Shown: positions 52,295-62,841, numbered from the stretch's first letter. The stretch is DNA of 64,000 nt from Candidatus Latescibacterota bacterium (GCA_965226795.1 CBDDDZ010000005.1:1568001-1632000), one strand, 5' to 3'. Made by a program: numbers and translations. Notes: generated by a model not told the origin, from the letters alone.

Positions 52295-53251
52295 TCAGGG
52301 GGCCGTGAGGTCATCCGTGGCCCCACTGCCGTAATCTGGTATTTCAAGGGTCCAGACATCGTTGTAGACAACGCTACCCGCGATGGACCCACTGTACCCC
52401 CCGAGCAACCATATCTTCTGTCGAAAGTCGAGGCAGGGAAACGCGTGGCGCACCCCCCATGGCGCTGCACGATGACAGCGCTCCCATGTTCTGCCATCGC
52501 CGGAACACCAGACGTCGTTCATATTGATGGACGGTTCGATGGCCCCGCCGGCGATCCACATCCTGCCGGCGTGGACAAAGGAACAGTGGAACCGTCGCGG
52601 GCCCCATCCGGCATCGACCGTCTCCAGCTGCCACGTTACGCCGTCCGACGAGCACCAGACATCGTTGTAGTTGATCCGACGATCGTGGTAGTTCCCCCCT
52701 CCGAGAATCCACATCCTGTTTCTGTGTTCGACGGCGGGAAACATGGCGCGCGGCGCCCATGGGGAGCGCTTCGCAACCAGGTCCCACCGATGCCCGTCGT
52801 CCGAGCACCAGACGTCGCCGTAGTGCGCCTTTTGCTCCCAGTTGAGCCCGCCGAGAACCCAGATCCGGTTATCGTAAACCAGGCTGCCGAAGGCGCCGCG
52901 ACAACCCCACGGGGCGCGATGCGTCACGCAGTCCCAATTTCGGCCGTCGCTCGAACACCAGATGTCGCCGAGCGTATGGACGCCGTCGAATCCGCCCATC
53001 AACCATATCCGATCACGCAGGACCACACAGCCCGCAAGATTTCGGGCGGGCCACGGCGCTGTCGGCAGCATGTATTCCCACGTCAGGCCGTCGGTAGAAC
53101 GCCAAACGTCGTTGAGGCGCGGGAATCTTTCCGGGCCCAGCATCTGCCAGCCACCGAGCAGCCAGACCTGATCCCTGAAAATCGCGGCGCCCGGCGAATC
53201 TCTGGGCGGCCAGGGCGCACATTCGGTGATACGGTTCCAATTCGCGGTCAT
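52295..53251 (-). CDS. Kelch-repeat beta-propeller protein
   Basis: Six repeats of APW..R....V....IW..GG......NDVW.S.DG..W. Confidence 0.88.
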   Translation of the reverse strand: MTANWNRITECAPWPPRDSPGAAIFRDQVWLLGGWQMLGPERFPRLNDVWRSTDGLTWEYMLPTAPWPARNLAGCVVLRDRIWLMGGFDGVHTLGDIWCSSDGRNWDCVTHRAPWGCRGAFGSLVYDNRIWVLGGLNWEQKAHYGDVWCSDDGHRWDLVAKRSPWAPRAMFPAVEHRNRMWILGGGNYHDRRINYNDVWCSSDGVTWQLETVDAGWGPRRFHCSFVHAGRMWIAGGAIEPSINMNDVWCSGDGRTWERCHRAAPWGVRHAFPCLDFRQKIWLLGGYSGSIAGSVVYNDVWTLEIPDYGSGATDDLTAP

Positions 53252-53397
53252 CTTGTACGGGTACGGCCCAACAATCCCCTCGGTCTCCCCGTCCTCCCTT
53301 TTTTGTTTTCCTACACGACGCTTTTCCGATATATTTGACACCGGTTGCCGTGTCAAGTCCCAAACCCCAAAACACCCACAGGAACTGTCGCGATCTT

Positions 53398-54216
53398 ATG
53401 TACCGTACGCTCGTTTACCTCGTCTTCAGCCAACTCGCCGTTGGCGGGTTGTTATCGATGCTGGTCGTCCCCCTCGAAGCCGGCAAACGCTTTTTCCGAT
53501 TCTGCGCCCTCGCGTGTCTGGTATTTCTCCTCCTGGCCCTGTGGGTAGGGCCTTTCGCTATTCTAACGCCTTTAGAGGATGGCGCGACGGAACTCTTGCT
53601 TCCCCGCCGGCTATTGACGGTCAGCGCCCTGCTCGCTTTTGTCTACCTTCTTGCGGTCGTCGCCGAACGCATAAAGCCCCAAAAACCGCTGCTTGGCGCC
53701 GTGGGTCTGACCGGTGCGGCCGGCCTTCTATCGGACGGGTATCTTGCCTGTGCGGCCTGTTCCCCTTTTGCAGCCGGCGTGTTTACCGCCGCCAGTTACC
53801 TGATCTCGGCCCTTTTCCTGGGCAGCGTAATTTTCGCGATGATCCTGGGCCACTGGTACCTTGTGGTACCTGCGCTACACATCCGGCCCCTGCGCGCCCT
53901 CACGCAATTGATGCTTGGCGCCACACTGGCTAAAGCGATGCTGACCGCGCTCACGCTATACGTCTTCTGGGCGGACGGCGACATTCAGATAAGGGAAACG
54001 CTTCGATCATTTTTGGGACTGGGCGGTCTTTTTCTTTGGGTACGCGTGCTCTTTGGCCTGATCGGTCCGCTCATCGTGGGTTTCATGGTCTGGCAAACCG
54101 TCAAGATTCACTCGACCCAGTCTGCGACGGGTCTACTTTACGTGGCCACGATTTTTGTTTTGATCGGGGAATGCGTTTCCGGCTATATTTTTTATACGAC
54201 AACCATACCGGTTTAG
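53398..54216 (+). CDS. Multi-pass membrane protein of unknown function
   Basis: About 8 hydrophobic segments; AMILGHWYLV and TQSATGLLYV motifs. Confidence 0.75.
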   Translation: MYRTLVYLVFSQLAVGGLLSMLVVPLEAGKRFFRFCALACLVFLLLALWVGPFAILTPLEDGATELLLPRRLLTVSALLAFVYLLAVVAERIKPQKPLLGAVGLTGAAGLLSDGYLACAACSPFAAGVFTAASYLISALFLGSVIFAMILGHWYLVVPALHIRPLRALTQLMLGATLAKAMLTALTLYVFWADGDIQIRETLRSFLGLGGLFLWVRVLFGLIGPLIVGFMVWQTVKIHSTQSATGLLYVATIFVLIGECVSGYIFYTTTIPV

Positions 54217-54220
54217 GCCC

Positions 54221-54667
54221 ATGGAAATCAGTTTTCGCTGTCCCGAATGTCAGTCCGTGAACCAGTTCCAGGCTTCACGGACCGAAACATCCTGTACGGC
54301 CTGCGGCCTGAATTTTCCAATGGCCTTCTCGGACAAAATCGTACATAGTAACCAGGTCGACGTCTGCCCCTGCTGTGGAAAGTCCGACTTTTACGTCCAG
54401 AGAGACTTCAATGGAAGAATCGGCCTGGCAATCGCCGTTCTTTTTGCCCTGGTCGGCCTGGTTTTCGTGGCATTGGACCGACCGATTTACTTCTACGGCA
54501 GCCTGGGCGCCGCTGCAATTATCGATCTTGTACTGTACCTGAGTCTGCCGGAAATCACGATTTGTTACAGCTGCAAAACCGCCTTTCGGGGCGTCCGAAA
54601 GAACCCGCAGCATCAGTCATTCGACCTGCATACGGCAGACATGTACGACAATCGCGCCAAGGGGTGA
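54221..54667 (+). CDS. Zinc-ribbon membrane protein
   Basis: Four CxxC motifs (CPEC, CTAC, CPCC, CYSC) and two TM segments. Confidence 0.75.
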   Translation: MEISFRCPECQSVNQFQASRTETSCTACGLNFPMAFSDKIVHSNQVDVCPCCGKSDFYVQRDFNGRIGLAIAVLFALVGLVFVALDRPIYFYGSLGAAAIIDLVLYLSLPEITICYSCKTAFRGVRKNPQHQSFDLHTADMYDNRAKG

Positions 54668-54718
54668 CCAGGTGCCTGGAGCTGTCATCGCCGGCCGGTA
54701 AACAGGATTGATCCGTCC

Positions 54719-55294
54719 TCAACCGTCCCTTCGCCGCTGCAGCAATTCGAGAAACTCCTCGCGAGTTGTGCGATCCTTGAAAGCGCCCCGGACGGCGGAT
54801 GTGGTCGTCCAGGCACCCGGTTTTTCCACGCCTCGCATTTCCATACACAGGTGCCGGGCCTCAACCACCACAATGGACCCTTTGGGTGCCAGTTCACGTT
54901 CCAGATATTCTACGATCTGGTGGGTCATCCGCTCCTGAATCTGCGGCCGTCGGGCGTAATACTCCACCATCCGCACCAATTTGCTCAACCCCACAATTTG
55001 CATCGTCGGAATATATCCCACGTGAGCCCTGCCCCAGAAGGGCAATAAATGGTGTGCGCACATCGAGTAGAACGTGATATCGGTCATTGCCACCATATTG
55101 TCGAACCCGTCGTCATTGGGAAACATCGTGATGTCGGGTTCGTTGTCTTCGTCGAGGCCCTGAAAAATTTCCAGGTACATCCGGGCGAAGCGCCGCGGCG
55201 TGTCCCTCAGGTGGGGATCCTTCATGTCCAGGTTGAGCACCTTCATGATTTCAGCGATATGATACCCGATCCGCTCGATTTTGTCTTCCGCCAT
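54719..55294 (-). CDS. folE: GTP cyclohydrolase I
   Basis: TPRRFA, SMCAHHLLPF, GLSKL, QIQERMT, HLCMEMRGV. Confidence 0.96.
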   Translation of the reverse strand: MAEDKIERIGYHIAEIMKVLNLDMKDPHLRDTPRRFARMYLEIFQGLDEDNEPDITMFPNDDGFDNMVAMTDITFYSMCAHHLLPFWGRAHVGYIPTMQIVGLSKLVRMVEYYARRPQIQERMTHQIVEYLERELAPKGSIVVVEARHLCMEMRGVEKPGAWTTTSAVRGAFKDRTTREEFLELLQRRRDG

Positions 55295-55414
55295 GGCCGC
55301 TCCTCAATTTCCATTTACGCGGGTGTTTTTGGGCCCGTTGCTTCGAATTCAACTCCCGGCAGCCTGCAGATACTCCGCCGAGAAAGCCGGTGTTCGTCCT
55401 GCACAGGTTGGGGG

Positions 55415-55984
55415 TCAGTCTGCCGCGCCGAAAGCCAGTCCCAGGCTGATCCGGAACGAGGAGTCCGCTTCCTCGTCGGCGATCATCATCTTGAGTTCAC
55501 CGAACCAGAGAAGACCCGGCCCAACCCGTCTGCGGAACCCGAGTGGAATATTCAGCGTAACCTTCGTGTCCTCCGGGACAGTCACGTTGATCGTGCCTGC
55601 CTGTCCGCCGGGCTCGATAATGTCAAATCGTCTCAGGTGCACGCCGATCCCGCCGCCCACGTAACCGAAGGTTTTGCCCTCGCCGAAAATGAACTGCGCG
55701 TCTCCGTTCAGGGAATATATCTTCATATTGTCCTGAATAACCAGATCCAAACCCGGAACGAGATGGAGACGAGGTATGAAAATGGATCCGAAATCGACGT
55801 GCCCGCCAAGCGTCAGCCGGGCTGAATCGAACTCGTATCCGAGGTATTCATCGGATTCCTGACGCGTAAGGTCCACGCCAACCTTAACGCCAAGTCCGCG
55901 CAACCCGAGCGCGTCCGCATGGCCGTGGCCCAGCACCAGGCAGGCAGCAATCACACCGAATGTCCAGCGTGTACATTTACACAT
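55415..55984 (-). CDS. Exported outer-membrane beta-barrel-like protein
   Basis: Signal peptide ending ADA; alternating beta-strand pattern; YVGGGIG. Confidence 0.6.
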   Translation of the reverse strand: MCKCTRWTFGVIAACLVLGHGHADALGLRGLGVKVGVDLTRQESDEYLGYEFDSARLTLGGHVDFGSIFIPRLHLVPGLDLVIQDNMKIYSLNGDAQFIFGEGKTFGYVGGGIGVHLRRFDIIEPGGQAGTINVTVPEDTKVTLNIPLGFRRRVGPGLLWFGELKMMIADEEADSSFRISLGLAFGAAD

Positions 55985-56062
55985 AGGGTTACCCCTTATT
56001 TCTTTGAGTGCCCGTTGGTTGGCACCGCCCCGGCGATGCTTCACGCCGCCCGCAACGCGTCA

Positions 56063-57154
56063 TCATACGTTGAAGAGGAATCGAATAACGTCGCCGTCCT
56101 GAACGGCGTATTGCCTGCCTTCGGCGCGCATCCTGCCCGATTCACGCAACCCTGAGATGCTGCCGACAGCCAGGACGTCCTGGTAGGCGGCAACTTCCGC
56201 CTTGATGAATCCTCGCTCCATGTCCGAGTGAATCCTGCCGGCGGCGGCTGGAGCCCGCGTGCCCTCAAGAACTTCCCAGGCCTGCAGTTTTTCATTTGCG
56301 GTGGTATAGAAAGTAATCAGCCCCAACAGGTCGTAGCCTGCACGAATCAGCCGGTTCACGCCCGGCTGACTCAACCCCATATCCTCGAAAAAGACCGTCC
56401 GGTCGGCGGGTGGCAACTCGGCGACCTCCGCCTCGATCTGCGCGGCCAGCGGAAGTACCCTGTCGGCGCCGACCAGCGCCCGCAATCCTGCCGTTCGGGC
56501 GCCCCCGTCTGGCAGGTCCGTCTCCCCAACGTTCGCCACATAAAGGACGGGTTTGGCGGTGAGAAAATTGAAGGGCCTCAGGGCTTCCAATTGCGCTTCC
56601 GGCAGGTCCTGTTGACTTACGGGAAGAGACCGTCCCAGCCCTTCGACGGCTTTTTTCAAGGCTTCGTATGCGAAGCGTTCCGGGGCGCGGGGATTTGAAC
56701 GCAGAACTTTTTCAAGTCGGTGCGCGATTCCCTCCGCCGATTCGAGATCGGCCAATTCCAGTTCGGTTTCAACGGTTTCGACATCCCGCACGGGGTCCAC
56801 GCGGCCTTCCACGTGCGGTACATTCCCGTTTTCGTAACAACGCACCACATGAACCAGCGCGTCGACCTCCCGAATGCGCGCCAGAAACAGGTTGCCCAGG
56901 CCCTCGCCACGGCTGGCGCCCCGAACCAGACCGGCAATATCCACAAAGTGAATGAATGCGGGAACACAGGACTCGGGTCCGAACAGTTTATACAGCCGCT
57001 GCAGGCGCTCGTCCGGTACTTCCACAACACCGACATTTGGTTCAACGGTACAAAAAGGATAGTTCGATGCTTCAACGCCGGCCCTGGTGAGTGCATTGAA
57101 CAGGGTCGATTTGCCCACGTTTGGCAGGCCGATAATGCCGATATTCAAGGCCAT
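56063..57154 (-). CDS. ychF: Redox-regulated ATPase YchF
   Basis: GLPNVGKSTLFNALT, NYPFCT, DIAGLV, IHSDMERGFIKAE. Confidence 0.96.
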   Translation of the reverse strand: MALNIGIIGLPNVGKSTLFNALTRAGVEASNYPFCTVEPNVGVVEVPDERLQRLYKLFGPESCVPAFIHFVDIAGLVRGASRGEGLGNLFLARIREVDALVHVVRCYENGNVPHVEGRVDPVRDVETVETELELADLESAEGIAHRLEKVLRSNPRAPERFAYEALKKAVEGLGRSLPVSQQDLPEAQLEALRPFNFLTAKPVLYVANVGETDLPDGGARTAGLRALVGADRVLPLAAQIEAEVAELPPADRTVFFEDMGLSQPGVNRLIRAGYDLLGLITFYTTANEKLQAWEVLEGTRAPAAAGRIHSDMERGFIKAEVAAYQDVLAVGSISGLRESGRMRAEGRQYAVQDGDVIRFLFNV

Positions 57155-57253
57155 ACTTTCCGGCAGGTCAGGCGGACGTATTTGCGCCCGACAAGAGAAA
57201 CAGCCAGCGGATAGACGTAAACCGCTGGCCGACAACGGCTTGACCAATTATTA

Positions 57254-57520
57254 TTAAAGGCCTCCGCTAATGGCGGTGACAAAGTGGACCTCGCTCTCCC
57301 CGGCTACCTTCTGACGCATCCCTTCGTTGCTTACAACACCGTCAATGGCAACCGCCAGACCGGGCCTGACGCGGTCTCCGTCGCAGATCCGATCCTTAAT
57401 TCCCGGAAACCTCGCCTCAAGGTTCTCGATGACCTCCCGAATCGTCTGACCGGGCACCTGAACCTGTTCCTGACCGTCGGTCAGACCACGCATCAGCGAC
57501 GGTATCCAGACCTCCGGCAT
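57254..57520 (-). CDS. MoaD/ThiS ubiquitin-like protein
   Basis: 88 aa beta-grasp pattern ending AISGGL. Confidence 0.85.
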   Translation of the reverse strand: MPEVWIPSLMRGLTDGQEQVQVPGQTIREVIENLEARFPGIKDRICDGDRVRPGLAVAIDGVVSNEGMRQKVAGESEVHFVTAISGGL

Positions 57521-57523
57521 GGC

Positions 57524-59827
57524 TCACCCCTTCCCTTTGCCCCCACCATTTTTGTTAAAGAGTGTCTTCAGAACACGCCCCGGAGACATGGGCAGGTCAC
57601 GCAAACGCACCCCAACTGCGTGGTAGATCGCGTTTGCCACAGCGGCAGGCGGAGGAACAATCGGCACCTCGCCCACACCTCGCACCCCGTAAGGGTGGCC
57701 GGGATTGGGCACCTCGACAATCACCGTCTCGATCATCGGCAGATCCAGGCAGGTGGGCATCCGGTAGTCCAGCAGGCTGGCGTTGACCAGGTCGCCTTTT
57801 TCGTTGTAGTAGTATGCTTCGTTCAATGCCCATCCGATTCCCTGGGCTACGCCGCCCTGCATCTGTCCTTCCACGTAGGCCGGATGAATGGCTTTACCCG
57901 CATCCTGTACAATGGTGACCCTGAGAATGTCAACCTTGCCGGTTTCAGGATCGACTTCAACGTCCACGACCATGACGGCGTAGGCCGGCCCCGCCGTCTT
58001 TCCCGACACTGCCGCCCGCCCAACCACAGGTCCGCCCGTAGCACCCAACTTACCCGCCAGTTCGGTAAACGTGATGGACTTCTCGGGAGCCGATCTGGAC
58101 TTGAACACACCCCCCTCAAAGACCACATCGTCCTCTGAAATCTCCCACAATCTGGCCGCCCTGGCGACCATCTGGCGTTTTGCGTCCTCCGCCGCCTCGT
58201 AACCCGCCCACCCCGTGGCAAAGGTCACGCGGCTGCCGCCTGTACCGTCCGTCTGCCCGATGGCATCGGTATCCACCACCATGGGTTTCACCTGCGCGGC
58301 GGGGATGCCCAGCACCTCGGCAACCTGCATCGCAATGGACGTACGTGTGCCCCCGATATCGGGCGAACCCTCGATCAGACTGACCGTGCCGTCGGCACTT
58401 ACGCTGACCACAACCGTCGAGGTCCCGCCCCCGTTGAACCAGAACCCCGAAGCCACACCGCGACCCCTATTGGGACCTTCGAGCCTGGATTGGTAATGGT
58501 CTGATGCCATCGCCGCTTTCACGCATTCATCGTGTCCGATACGCGGAAAAACCGGACCGTCGGCCCGCCGGCTACCTTCCCTGGCGGAGTTCTTCAGACG
58601 AAACTCGAGCGGGTCGGTGTCGAGAATTTCGCAGATCTCGTCGATAACCGTCTCGGCTGCGAACGCGCCATTGGTGGCGCCAGGGGCGCGGTAGGCCGAG
58701 GTCTGTGGCTTATTCACGACGACGTCGTACCCGTCGATGACCACGTTGGGAATGTCGTACGGAGAAAAAATACAGCCGGCTCCGGCACCTACGGGTGAAC
58801 CTGGATAGGCCCCTGCCTCGTAGGCAAGATACGCCTGTGCGGCAACCAGCCTGCCATCGTTTCTCGCGCCCATCTTCACCTTCATATAGGAACCCGGAGT
58901 GGGGCCCGTTGCCTTCAGAACTTCGGTGCGGCTCATCACCATCTTTACGGGCTTGCCGGTCATCCGGGACATCAGAGCGGCCGTCGGTTCCTGGTAGACG
59001 CGAAACTTTCCTCCGAATCCGCCGCCGATCTCGGCCGGTATCACCCGGACGCGGGAGGCGGGCACGCCCACCACGTCGGCAACCTGGTCGCGCACCTCGA
59101 ACGGCCCCTGCGTGCTCGTCCAGATCGTGATCTGACCGTCCAGATTCCAATAGGCCGTCACGTTATGGGGTTCTATATAGCCCTGGTGCACCGTCTGGGT
59201 GCTGAATTCCCGCTCAACGACCACATCCGCTTCAGCGAATCCCCTATCGATGTTGCCCAACGAATGCTGGAAGTGGCTGGCGATATTTCCCGGCTTGTCC
59301 GTAGTTTGCCCCAGGGACCTCATTCTCAAGGATTCATGCAGGAGAGGCGCACCATCTTCCATAGCGGGACGGACATCCAGCACGGGCTCCAGGACTTCGT
59401 ACTTCACGCGGATCAAATCCAGGGCCTCTTCGGCTATATGGGCCGACGTTGCGGCGACTGCCGCTACCGCATGCCCCTCGTAAAGCACTTTGTCGGACGC
59501 CAACACGTTTGTAACCAGGTGGGGAAGACTTACGGAACCCTCTCCGATGTTCGCCATTTTGTCTTCGTAGTGCAGCGCGAGGTCTGCGCCCGTCATCACG
59601 GCCTTCACGCCCGCAAGCGCTTCGGCCGCTCGCGTATCGATGGACAGAATGCGGGCGTGCGCGTGCGGGCTGCGGAGGGTCTTTCCGATCAACACGCCTG
59701 ACGTGTGGGTATCCGCACCGTACTTCGCGCGGCCCGTCACCTTATCCGTGCCATCGTGGCGAATCGGTCGCGTACCCACCACGTTGTAGCTTTCAACGCC
59801 AAGATAGTCTTCAGTCTTTGTCGCCAT
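57524..59827 (-). CDS. Xanthine dehydrogenase family molybdopterin-binding subunit (paralog 2)
   Basis: KVTGRAKY, LRSPHAHA, IGGGFGGK, AYRAPG, EGQMQGG, GVRGVGE. Confidence 0.93.
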   Translation of the reverse strand: MATKTEDYLGVESYNVVGTRPIRHDGTDKVTGRAKYGADTHTSGVLIGKTLRSPHAHARILSIDTRAAEALAGVKAVMTGADLALHYEDKMANIGEGSVSLPHLVTNVLASDKVLYEGHAVAAVAATSAHIAEEALDLIRVKYEVLEPVLDVRPAMEDGAPLLHESLRMRSLGQTTDKPGNIASHFQHSLGNIDRGFAEADVVVEREFSTQTVHQGYIEPHNVTAYWNLDGQITIWTSTQGPFEVRDQVADVVGVPASRVRVIPAEIGGGFGGKFRVYQEPTAALMSRMTGKPVKMVMSRTEVLKATGPTPGSYMKVKMGARNDGRLVAAQAYLAYEAGAYPGSPVGAGAGCIFSPYDIPNVVIDGYDVVVNKPQTSAYRAPGATNGAFAAETVIDEICEILDTDPLEFRLKNSAREGSRRADGPVFPRIGHDECVKAAMASDHYQSRLEGPNRGRGVASGFWFNGGGTSTVVVSVSADGTVSLIEGSPDIGGTRTSIAMQVAEVLGIPAAQVKPMVVDTDAIGQTDGTGGSRVTFATGWAGYEAAEDAKRQMVARAARLWEISEDDVVFEGGVFKSRSAPEKSITFTELAGKLGATGGPVVGRAAVSGKTAGPAYAVMVVDVEVDPETGKVDILRVTIVQDAGKAIHPAYVEGQMQGGVAQGIGWALNEAYYYNEKGDLVNASLLDYRMPTCLDLPMIETVIVEVPNPGHPYGVRGVGEVPIVPPPAAVANAIYHAVGVRLRDLPMSPGRVLKTLFNKNGGGKGKG

Positions 59828-59889
59828 TGTGATCTGATCTCCGGAAATTAACGCGCAGCGCCGCTCTTTGAGCACGCGCACGGTGTCCC

Positions 59890-62169
59890 TTATGTACCGT
59901 TCTTATTCCACAGCGCCTTCAGTACGTTGCCTGGAGACATCGGCAACACGTTCATCCGAACACCCGCGGCGCGGTAGATGGCATTGGCTAGAGCCGCCGG
60001 GGGCGGTATAATGGGCGCCTCCCCAACACCGCGCACACCGTAGGGATGCCCGGGATTGGGAACTTCCACTATTATGGTTTCAATCATGGGCAGGTCCAGG
60101 CACGTTGGCATCCGATAGTCCAGAAGGCTGGCATTGGTCAACTTGCCGTCTTTGCTGTACCAATACTCTTCGTTCAAGCCCCAACCGATCCCTTGAGCCG
60201 CGCCCCCCTGCATCTGACCTTCCACATATGCGGGATGGACGGCCTTGCCCGCGTCCTGCACCATTGTGACCCTTAGAATGTCCACCTTTCCCGTATCCGG
60301 GTCGGTTTCGACGTCGGCGATCATCAGCGAAAATGCGCCCCCGACCCCTTGCGGGTCGACGGTCGCACGCCCGACAACCGGACCACCCGTCTCATTAAGT
60401 TTTCCAGACAATTCCTTGAACGTCAGCGACTTCGATGGATCAGACCTGGATTTGAACGTGCCGTCTTCAAAGGCCGCATCGTCTGGTGAAATTTCCCAGT
60501 ATTTCGCGGCCCGTTCGACCATTTGTACAATGATATCCTGAGCCGCGTTGTAGGCCGCCCAGCCCGTGGCGAACGTGACCCGGCTGCCGCCGGTGACGTC
60601 GGTTTCCCCCACACCGTCGGTATCCGCCACAACAGGATTGACGTCTTCGGCGGGAATACCCAGTGGCTCGGCGAGTTGCATCGCCACCGAGGTCCGGGTA
60701 CCGCCGATATCGGTGGATCCTTCGACCAGGCTTACGGTGCCGTCTGTATTCACCGACGCGCACGCGCTGGACTTGAGCCCCACGTTAAACCAGAAGCCGG
60801 ACGCCACGCCGCGGCCCCTGTTTTTACCCTCGAGGGGCGCATTGTAGTGGTCGCTTGCCATCGCCGCCCTCAATACTTCCTCGTGGCCAATGCGGGGAAA
60901 CGTAGGCCCGTCCGCCCGTCGCGTGCCTTCCTTCGCCGAGTTTTTCAACCGGAACTCGAGGGGATCCTCGCCCAGCCTCTCGCAAATCTCGTCTACAATG
61001 GTCTCGGATGCAAAGGCCGCGTTGGTGGCGCCCGGGGCTCTGTAAGCCATCGTCTGCGGTTTATTCACGACGACGTTGTACCCGTCGATGGACACGTTTT
61101 CGATATCGTACGGCGCGAAAATGCACATTGCTCCGGGTTCGGCCCACGCTCCCGCGAATCCGCCCGACTCGTAGGCCAGGTAGGCCTCGGCGGCCACCAG
61201 TTTACCCCCGTTTGTGGCTCCCATCTTTACCCGTATGTAGGATCCGGGAGTGGGTCCGGTGGCCTTCAACACTTCCTCGCGGCTCATCACCATCTTCACC
61301 GGATGGCCCGACTTTCTGGACAGAATTGCCGCAACGGGCTCAAGGTAAACCCTGATCTTTCCGCCGAATCCCCCGCCAATTTCGGTAGGGATTACGCGGA
61401 TATTCACAGGCGATATCTGCAGCAGGCCCGCCAATTGCTCGCGTACAGTAAACGAACCCTGGGTACTGCACCAGACCGTAAGGCGTCCGCCAGGATTCCA
61501 CAGCGCCGTGGCATTCTGCGGTTCGATATAACCCTGGTGCACCGTGTCCGTGAAGAACTCCTTCTCTATCACCACGTCGGCCCGGGCGAAGCCCTGCCCG
61601 GTGTCGCCCAGCTTATGCTGAAAGTGCGTGGCGATGTTGCTCGCCGTCCCCGTGTCTTCGCCCAGAGATTCGGTGGTCAGCGTATCGTGCAAAAGCGGCG
61701 AATCCGGCTTCATTGCCTCCCGCACATCCAGCAACGGCTCAAGGACCTCGTACTCCACCTCGATCAGCCCCAAAACCTCTTCTGCGATATGCGCACTTGT
61801 CGCGGCCACGGCGGCTACGGCGTGGCCGTCGTAGACCACCTTTCCGTCTGCCAGTACGTTTGCTCGCAGATCCACCATATTGGCCGCGCCCTCGCCCAGG
61901 TCTTCGACCTTGTTCTCCGGGACGGGAATGTCGGCGGCGGTAGCGACTGCCTTCACGCCGTGGATTGCTTCGGCGTTGCCGGTGTGTATGGACACAATGC
62001 GTGCATGGGCGTGAGGACTGCGCAACACTTTCCCGTAGATCAGGCCGGACATGTTGACATCGGCTCCGTATATTGCCCGACCGGTGACCTTGTCTACCCC
62101 ATCGTGCCTGATGGGCCGTGTGCCCAGCACCTTATACTCTTTGATCCCGAGAAAATCCTCGCCCGGCAT
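59890..62169 (-). CDS. Xanthine dehydrogenase family molybdopterin-binding subunit (paralog 1)
   Basis: Same motifs; start MPGEDF at 62169 overlaps the 2Fe-2S stop codon. Confidence 0.93.
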   Translation of the reverse strand: MPGEDFLGIKEYKVLGTRPIRHDGVDKVTGRAIYGADVNMSGLIYGKVLRSPHAHARIVSIHTGNAEAIHGVKAVATAADIPVPENKVEDLGEGAANMVDLRANVLADGKVVYDGHAVAAVAATSAHIAEEVLGLIEVEYEVLEPLLDVREAMKPDSPLLHDTLTTESLGEDTGTASNIATHFQHKLGDTGQGFARADVVIEKEFFTDTVHQGYIEPQNATALWNPGGRLTVWCSTQGSFTVREQLAGLLQISPVNIRVIPTEIGGGFGGKIRVYLEPVAAILSRKSGHPVKMVMSREEVLKATGPTPGSYIRVKMGATNGGKLVAAEAYLAYESGGFAGAWAEPGAMCIFAPYDIENVSIDGYNVVVNKPQTMAYRAPGATNAAFASETIVDEICERLGEDPLEFRLKNSAKEGTRRADGPTFPRIGHEEVLRAAMASDHYNAPLEGKNRGRGVASGFWFNVGLKSSACASVNTDGTVSLVEGSTDIGGTRTSVAMQLAEPLGIPAEDVNPVVADTDGVGETDVTGGSRVTFATGWAAYNAAQDIIVQMVERAAKYWEISPDDAAFEDGTFKSRSDPSKSLTFKELSGKLNETGGPVVGRATVDPQGVGGAFSLMIADVETDPDTGKVDILRVTMVQDAGKAVHPAYVEGQMQGGAAQGIGWGLNEEYWYSKDGKLTNASLLDYRMPTCLDLPMIETIIVEVPNPGHPYGVRGVGEAPIIPPPAALANAIYRAAGVRMNVLPMSPGNVLKALWNKNGT

Positions 62170-62651
62170 CAGACTGTCTCCTTCATCGCGCGCGCGGTAT
62201 CCATTACCGCTCTGACAATCTTGTCGTACCCCGTGCACCGGCAAAGGTTCCCCGCCAGCCACAGGCGAATCCGGTGCTCGTCGGGATCTGGCTCCCGGTC
62301 CAGCAGCGCCTTCGCCGCCACGATGAATCCGGGCGTGCATACCCCGCACTGGAGCGCCGCATGCTCCAGGAATTTCTGCTGTAGGGGATGCAGCCCCTCG
62401 GCGGTGGCCACCCCCTCGATGGTGGTGATGTCGCACCCCTCCGCCTCAACGCCCAGCGCCAGACAGGAGTTGGTCACGCGGCCATCTACAATCACGCTGC
62501 ACGCGCCACAGTTGCCGTTGCCGCAACCCTCCTTGGCCCCGGTGAGGCCCAGGTTGTCGCGAAGTACGTCCAGCAGCGTATCACGGGGTTCACACAGGAA
62601 TTCGGTTTCTTCTCCGTTGATCGTTGTCGTCACATGAACTTTACCAGCCAT
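62169..62651 (-). CDS. Xanthine dehydrogenase family 2Fe-2S subunit
   Basis: GCGNGNCGAC, QCGVCTPG, NLCRCTGY. Confidence 0.95.
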   Translation of the reverse strand: MAGKVHVTTTINGEETEFLCEPRDTLLDVLRDNLGLTGAKEGCGNGNCGACSVIVDGRVTNSCLALGVEAEGCDITTIEGVATAEGLHPLQQKFLEHAALQCGVCTPGFIVAAKALLDREPDPDEHRIRLWLAGNLCRCTGYDKIVRAVMDTARAMKETV

Positions 62652-62668
62652 TGTATGCGGACTCCTAT

Positions 62669-62841
62669 CTATTGTTCTGTCCCGGAAATAGTTCGCCGAA
62701 ATTCGGCCGTCGTTTCGACCGGCTCGCGAGGCGCCTAAGGTCGGCGAGCGAAGGCGCTTCGACATGCTCAGCGCAAGCAGCGCAGCAGAATGGCATGAAC
62801 CGGCGGATGAATGGTGACATATTTCTGGGACGGGACACTTT
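62669..62841 (+). mobile_element. ~170-bp MITE inside the xdh operon
   Basis: Imperfect TIRs tgttctgtcccggaaata (62673-62690) / tatttctgggacgggaca (62820-62837); homologs at 10212, 39712 and 40498. Confidence 0.75.
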
